Below are positions 60,326 through 64,000 of a stretch of 64,000 nt of DNA, one piece after another. Origin of the DNA: Mustelus asterias (taxonomy: Eukaryota). The notes beneath the pieces are model-generated. The model saw nothing but the letters and a program-made list of their open reading frames with translations, ran no database searches and was not told the origin of the DNA. The position numbers were made by a program, and so were the translations under genes. The number at the start of each line of letters is the position of its first letter. The stretch's first letter is position 1. Location of the stretch: contig NW_027590139.1 in NCBI RefSeq assembly GCF_964213995.1, forward strand, positions 992,001 through 1,056,000. Direction: 5' to 3'.

Positions 60326-61606
60326 TCAGCATGGTTTTGTGGCAGGTAGGTCGTGCCTTACTAACCTTATTGAGTTTTTTGAGAAAGTGACCAAGGAGGT
60401 GGATGGGGGCAAGGCAGTGGACGTGGTATATATGGATTTTAGTAAGGCGTTTGATAAGGTTCACCATGGTAGGCTTCTGCAGAAAATGCAGATGTATGGG
60501 ATTGGGGGTGATCTAGGAAATTGGATCAGGAATTGGCTAGCGGATAGGAAACAGAGGGTGGTGGTTGATAGTAAATATTCATCATGGAGTGCGGTTACAA
60601 GTGGTGTACCTCAGGGATCTGTTTTGGGGCCACTGCTGTTTGTAATATTTATTAATGATCTGGATGAGGGTATAGTTGGGTGGATTAGCAAATTTGCTGA
60701 TGACACCAAAGTCGGTGGTGTGGTAGACAGTGAGGAAGGGTGTCGTAGTTTGCAGGAAGACTTAGACAGGTTGCAAAGTTGGGCCGAGAGGTGGCGGATG
60801 GAGTTTAATGCGGAGAAGTGTGAGGTAATTCACTTTGGTAGGAATAACAGATGTGTTGAGTATAGGGCTAACGGGAGGACTTTGAATAGTGTGGAGGAGC
60901 AGAGGGATCTAGGTGTATGTGTGCATAGATCCCTGAAAGTTGGGAATCAAGTAGATAAGGTTGTTAAGAAGGCATATGGTGTCTTGGCGTTTATTGGTAG
61001 GGGGATTGAATTTAGGAGTCGTAGCGTTATGTTGCAACTGTACACAACTCTGGTGCGGCCGCACTTGGAGTACTGTGTGCAGTTCTGGTCCCCACATTAC
61101 AGGAAGGATGTGGAGGCTTTGGAGAGGGTGCAGAGGAGGTTTACCAGGATGTTGCCTGGTATGGAGGGGAGATCCTATGAGGAGAGGCTGAGGGATTTGG
61201 GATTGTTTTCGCTGGAAAGGCGGCGGCTAAGAGGGGATCTTATTGAAACATATAAGATGATTAGAGGTTTAGATAGGGTGGATAGTGATAGCCTTTTTCC
61301 TCTGATGGAGAAATCCAGCACGAGGGGGCATGGCTTTAAATTGAGGGGGGGTAGTTATAGAACCGATGTCAGGGGTAGGTTCTTTACCCAGAGGGTGGTG
61401 AGGGATTGGAATGCCCTGCCAGCATCAGTAGTAAATGCGCCTAGTTTGGGGGCGTTTAAGAGATCCGTAGATAGGTTCATGGACGAAAAGAAATTGGTTT
61501 AGGTTGGAGGGTCACAGTTTTTTTTTTTTTTAACTGGTCGGTGCAACATCGTGGGCCGAAGGGCCTGTTCTGCGCTGTAATGTTCTATGTTCTATGTTCT
61601 ATGTTC
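60326..61606 (+). mobile_element. Young 5'-truncated CR1, near-identical to 15212-16480
   Basis: ORF matches the 15306-17666 ORF from QHGF to the end except one residue; (TTCTATG)n tail. Confidence 0.95.
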
Positions 61607-61930
61607 CTCTCTGTTTCCGATTAGCTCATCAATCCTCTATCCATGCTAATATAAAGAATCAACATGGATAAAATGCTAATATGCCTTATGCTACGAATTC
61701 TTATTAAGTGTGGTAAACATTGATGTGGCACCTTGTCAAATGCCTTCTGGAAAACTAAATACACCACATCCACAGGTTCCACTTTATCCACATTGCTTGT
61801 TACTTCCTCAAAGAATCCAACACATCAATTAACAGGATGTCCCTTGCACAAAACCATGTTGACTCTGCCTGATTGCACGGAGATTATCTGTGTCCCATCC
61901 CAGTCTCCTTAATAACAGAATGAACATGAT

Positions 61931-63315
61931 TCAGTCCTGCATGGGATTAGCAGCAACAGCAGAATCCAACCCCTGCAGTGACTTGTGAACTTGCTGGTGT
62001 CTCAGCAGATTGGCTGACCGAGCAAATCTCTTCCCACATACGGAGCAGGTGAACGATCTCTCTCCCGTGTGAACCTGCTGGTGTCTCAGCAGGTGGGATG
62101 ACTGAGTGAACCTTTTCCCACACATGGAGCAGGTGAATGATCTCTCCCCAGTGTGAATTTGCTGGTGTCTCAGCAGGTCCTTCGTGCTTTTAAAGCTCTT
62201 CTCACAGTCAGAACATTTAAAAGGTCTCTGATCAGTGTGGACCAGTTGATGTGCAATGAGCTGGGGTGGCTGAGTGAATCGTTTCCCACATGTGGAGCAA
62301 GTGAAGGGTTTCTCCCCAGTGTGAATTCGCTCGTGTATCAGAAGCTGGGCTGAATCAGTGAATCCCTTCCCACACACACAGTGCAAATGAATGGCTTCTC
62401 CCCGGTGTGAACTCGCTGGTGTCTCAGACAGTGGGATGAATGGGTGAATCCCATCCCACACACCGAGCAGGTGAACGGTTTCTCCCCGGTGTGAACTCGC
62501 TGGTGTCTCAGACGGTGGGATGAATGGGTGAATCCCATCCCACACACCGAGCAGGTGAACGGTTTCTCCCCAGTGTGAACTCGCTGGTGTCTCAGACAGT
62601 GGGATGAATGGGTGAATCCCATCCCACACACCGAGCAGGTGAACGGTTTCTCCCCAGTGTGAACTCGCTGGTGTGTCACCAAATCCTGTTTACTTTTAAA
62701 GCTCTTCTCACAGTCAGAACACTGAAATGGTCTCTTATCAGAGTGAACTCGCTGGTGTGTTTGCAGCTGGGATAAACGTCCGAATCTCCTCTCACATACG
62801 GAGCAGGTGAATGGCTTCTCCCCAGTGTGAGTGCGCTGATGGACTTGTAAATCATTTTTACTTTTAAATCTCTTCTCACAGTCAGAACACTGAAATGGTC
62901 TCCGATCAGTGTGAACAAGTTGGTGTGTCAGAAGGTGGGATGACTGAGTGAATCCCTTCCCACACACTGAGCAGGTGAACGGTCTCACCGCCATGTGAGT
63001 GCGCTGGTGTCTCAGGAGGTCCTTTGTGCTTTTAAAGCTTTTCTCACAATCAGAACACTGAAACAGTCTCTGATCGGAGTGAACCTCCCGGTGAATCAGG
63101 AGGCTTGATAAAGCATGACATCCCCTCCCACATTCGAGGCAGGTGAACGGCCTCTCACCAGTGTGAACACGCCGGTGTGTATAGAGGCTGGATGAGTAAG
63201 CAAATCCTTTCCCACACTCAGAGCAGGTGAACGGCCTCTCTCCAGTGTGAATGCGACGATGAATATCCAATTCGGACGGGTAATTGAATCCCCTCCCACA
63301 GTCCACACATTTCAA
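61931..63315 (-). pseudogene. C2H2 zinc-finger gene 4, ~16 fingers, frameshift in a (CA)5 run at ~62371-62380, usual start ATG not seen
   Basis: Overlapping ORFs 62338-63315 and 61931-62629 switch frame at CTVC-VG; acceptor at ~63676. Confidence 0.75.
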
Positions 63316-64000
63316 TGGTTTCTCTGTGCTGCGGGTGTCCTCATGTGACTCCAGGTTGGATGATGAGTTGAAGCCTCGTTTACACAGAATATGTGTCGGG
63401 TCACTACTCAGTTAGAATGATGTGATTATTTTTCAGACTTGTTAAACCACTTTCCACATTCAGCACATTGGAAACTCTCAGGTGTGTTTGTGTGTCTAGG
63501 TGCTTTTTCAGTCACACTGATGTTTGAAATCTTTGCCCGCAGACAGAATGAACATTTCTCCTTCTGTAGACAAAGGCTGATGATATTCAGTTTCTGATGA
63601 ATCAAATCACTGAAACAGATCTTGATGTGAAGTTTGGTTTGAGTTTCACATCTGTAAATCCTGCTTCATAATACCCTGCAAAAACAGTTTACAAATACCA
63701 TCACTGTCAGTGCAGGATAGAAATTCTGAACAGACAATTCATAGTTTCTCTGGAACATATTTTCCTCTCTTGTTCCCCCAAATCTATAAATCCCCGTCCC
63801 ACACACTCTACCTCCTCCCCTGGACTGAAATCCAAACCCATCTCAACATCTCCACCATTTCTTCCCTCCACTCCCAGTTTTCTCCCTCCCTCTCCTCTGT
63901 CTGGGTTCAGTTCTTGATGTGGAAATCTCACTAACTGTCCTGGCTGGAGACAGTACACATCTCTTTAACCAGTGCTTAACCCTCTCTCCACTCACATTGT

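Noticed and set aside
61931-63315. PRDM9 or KRAB-ZNF
   Set aside because: No SET or KRAB coding sequence in the window; only local finger homogenisation.

Overview
Eukaryotic DNA from a cartilaginous fish (shark-type; inferred from the Ig sequence and repeat families). The left half holds one complete, unrearranged IgM heavy-chain minicluster on the + strand: TATA promoter, leader, VH (RSS23), D1 (12/22), D2 (12/12), JH (RSS23), a ~13.6 kb J-C intron with an assembly gap, Cmu1-Cmu4 with secretory tailpiece, and TM1/TM2. All exons are open with canonical splice sites. The right half is an array of four tandem C2H2 zinc-finger genes (one intact ORF, three disrupted) with CpG-rich promoters. The rest is dense in CR1 LINEs (two near-identical young copies), HE1/V-SINEs, Deu-type SINEs, a solo LTR and simple repeats. 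The most unusual signals are: (1) a 317-bp, highly structured insertion with two U2 snRNA-derived heads and a 26-bp flanking duplication, inside a ZNF intron; (2) short fold-back Penelope-like insertions with TSDs, one carrying an intact minimal hammerhead ribozyme inside the IgM gene; (3) a G-rich, switch-like minisatellite upstream of Cmu1; (4) CTCF-like sites after JH and after the TM poly(A) site. All calls were made by eye without database searches; repeat boundaries are approximate.
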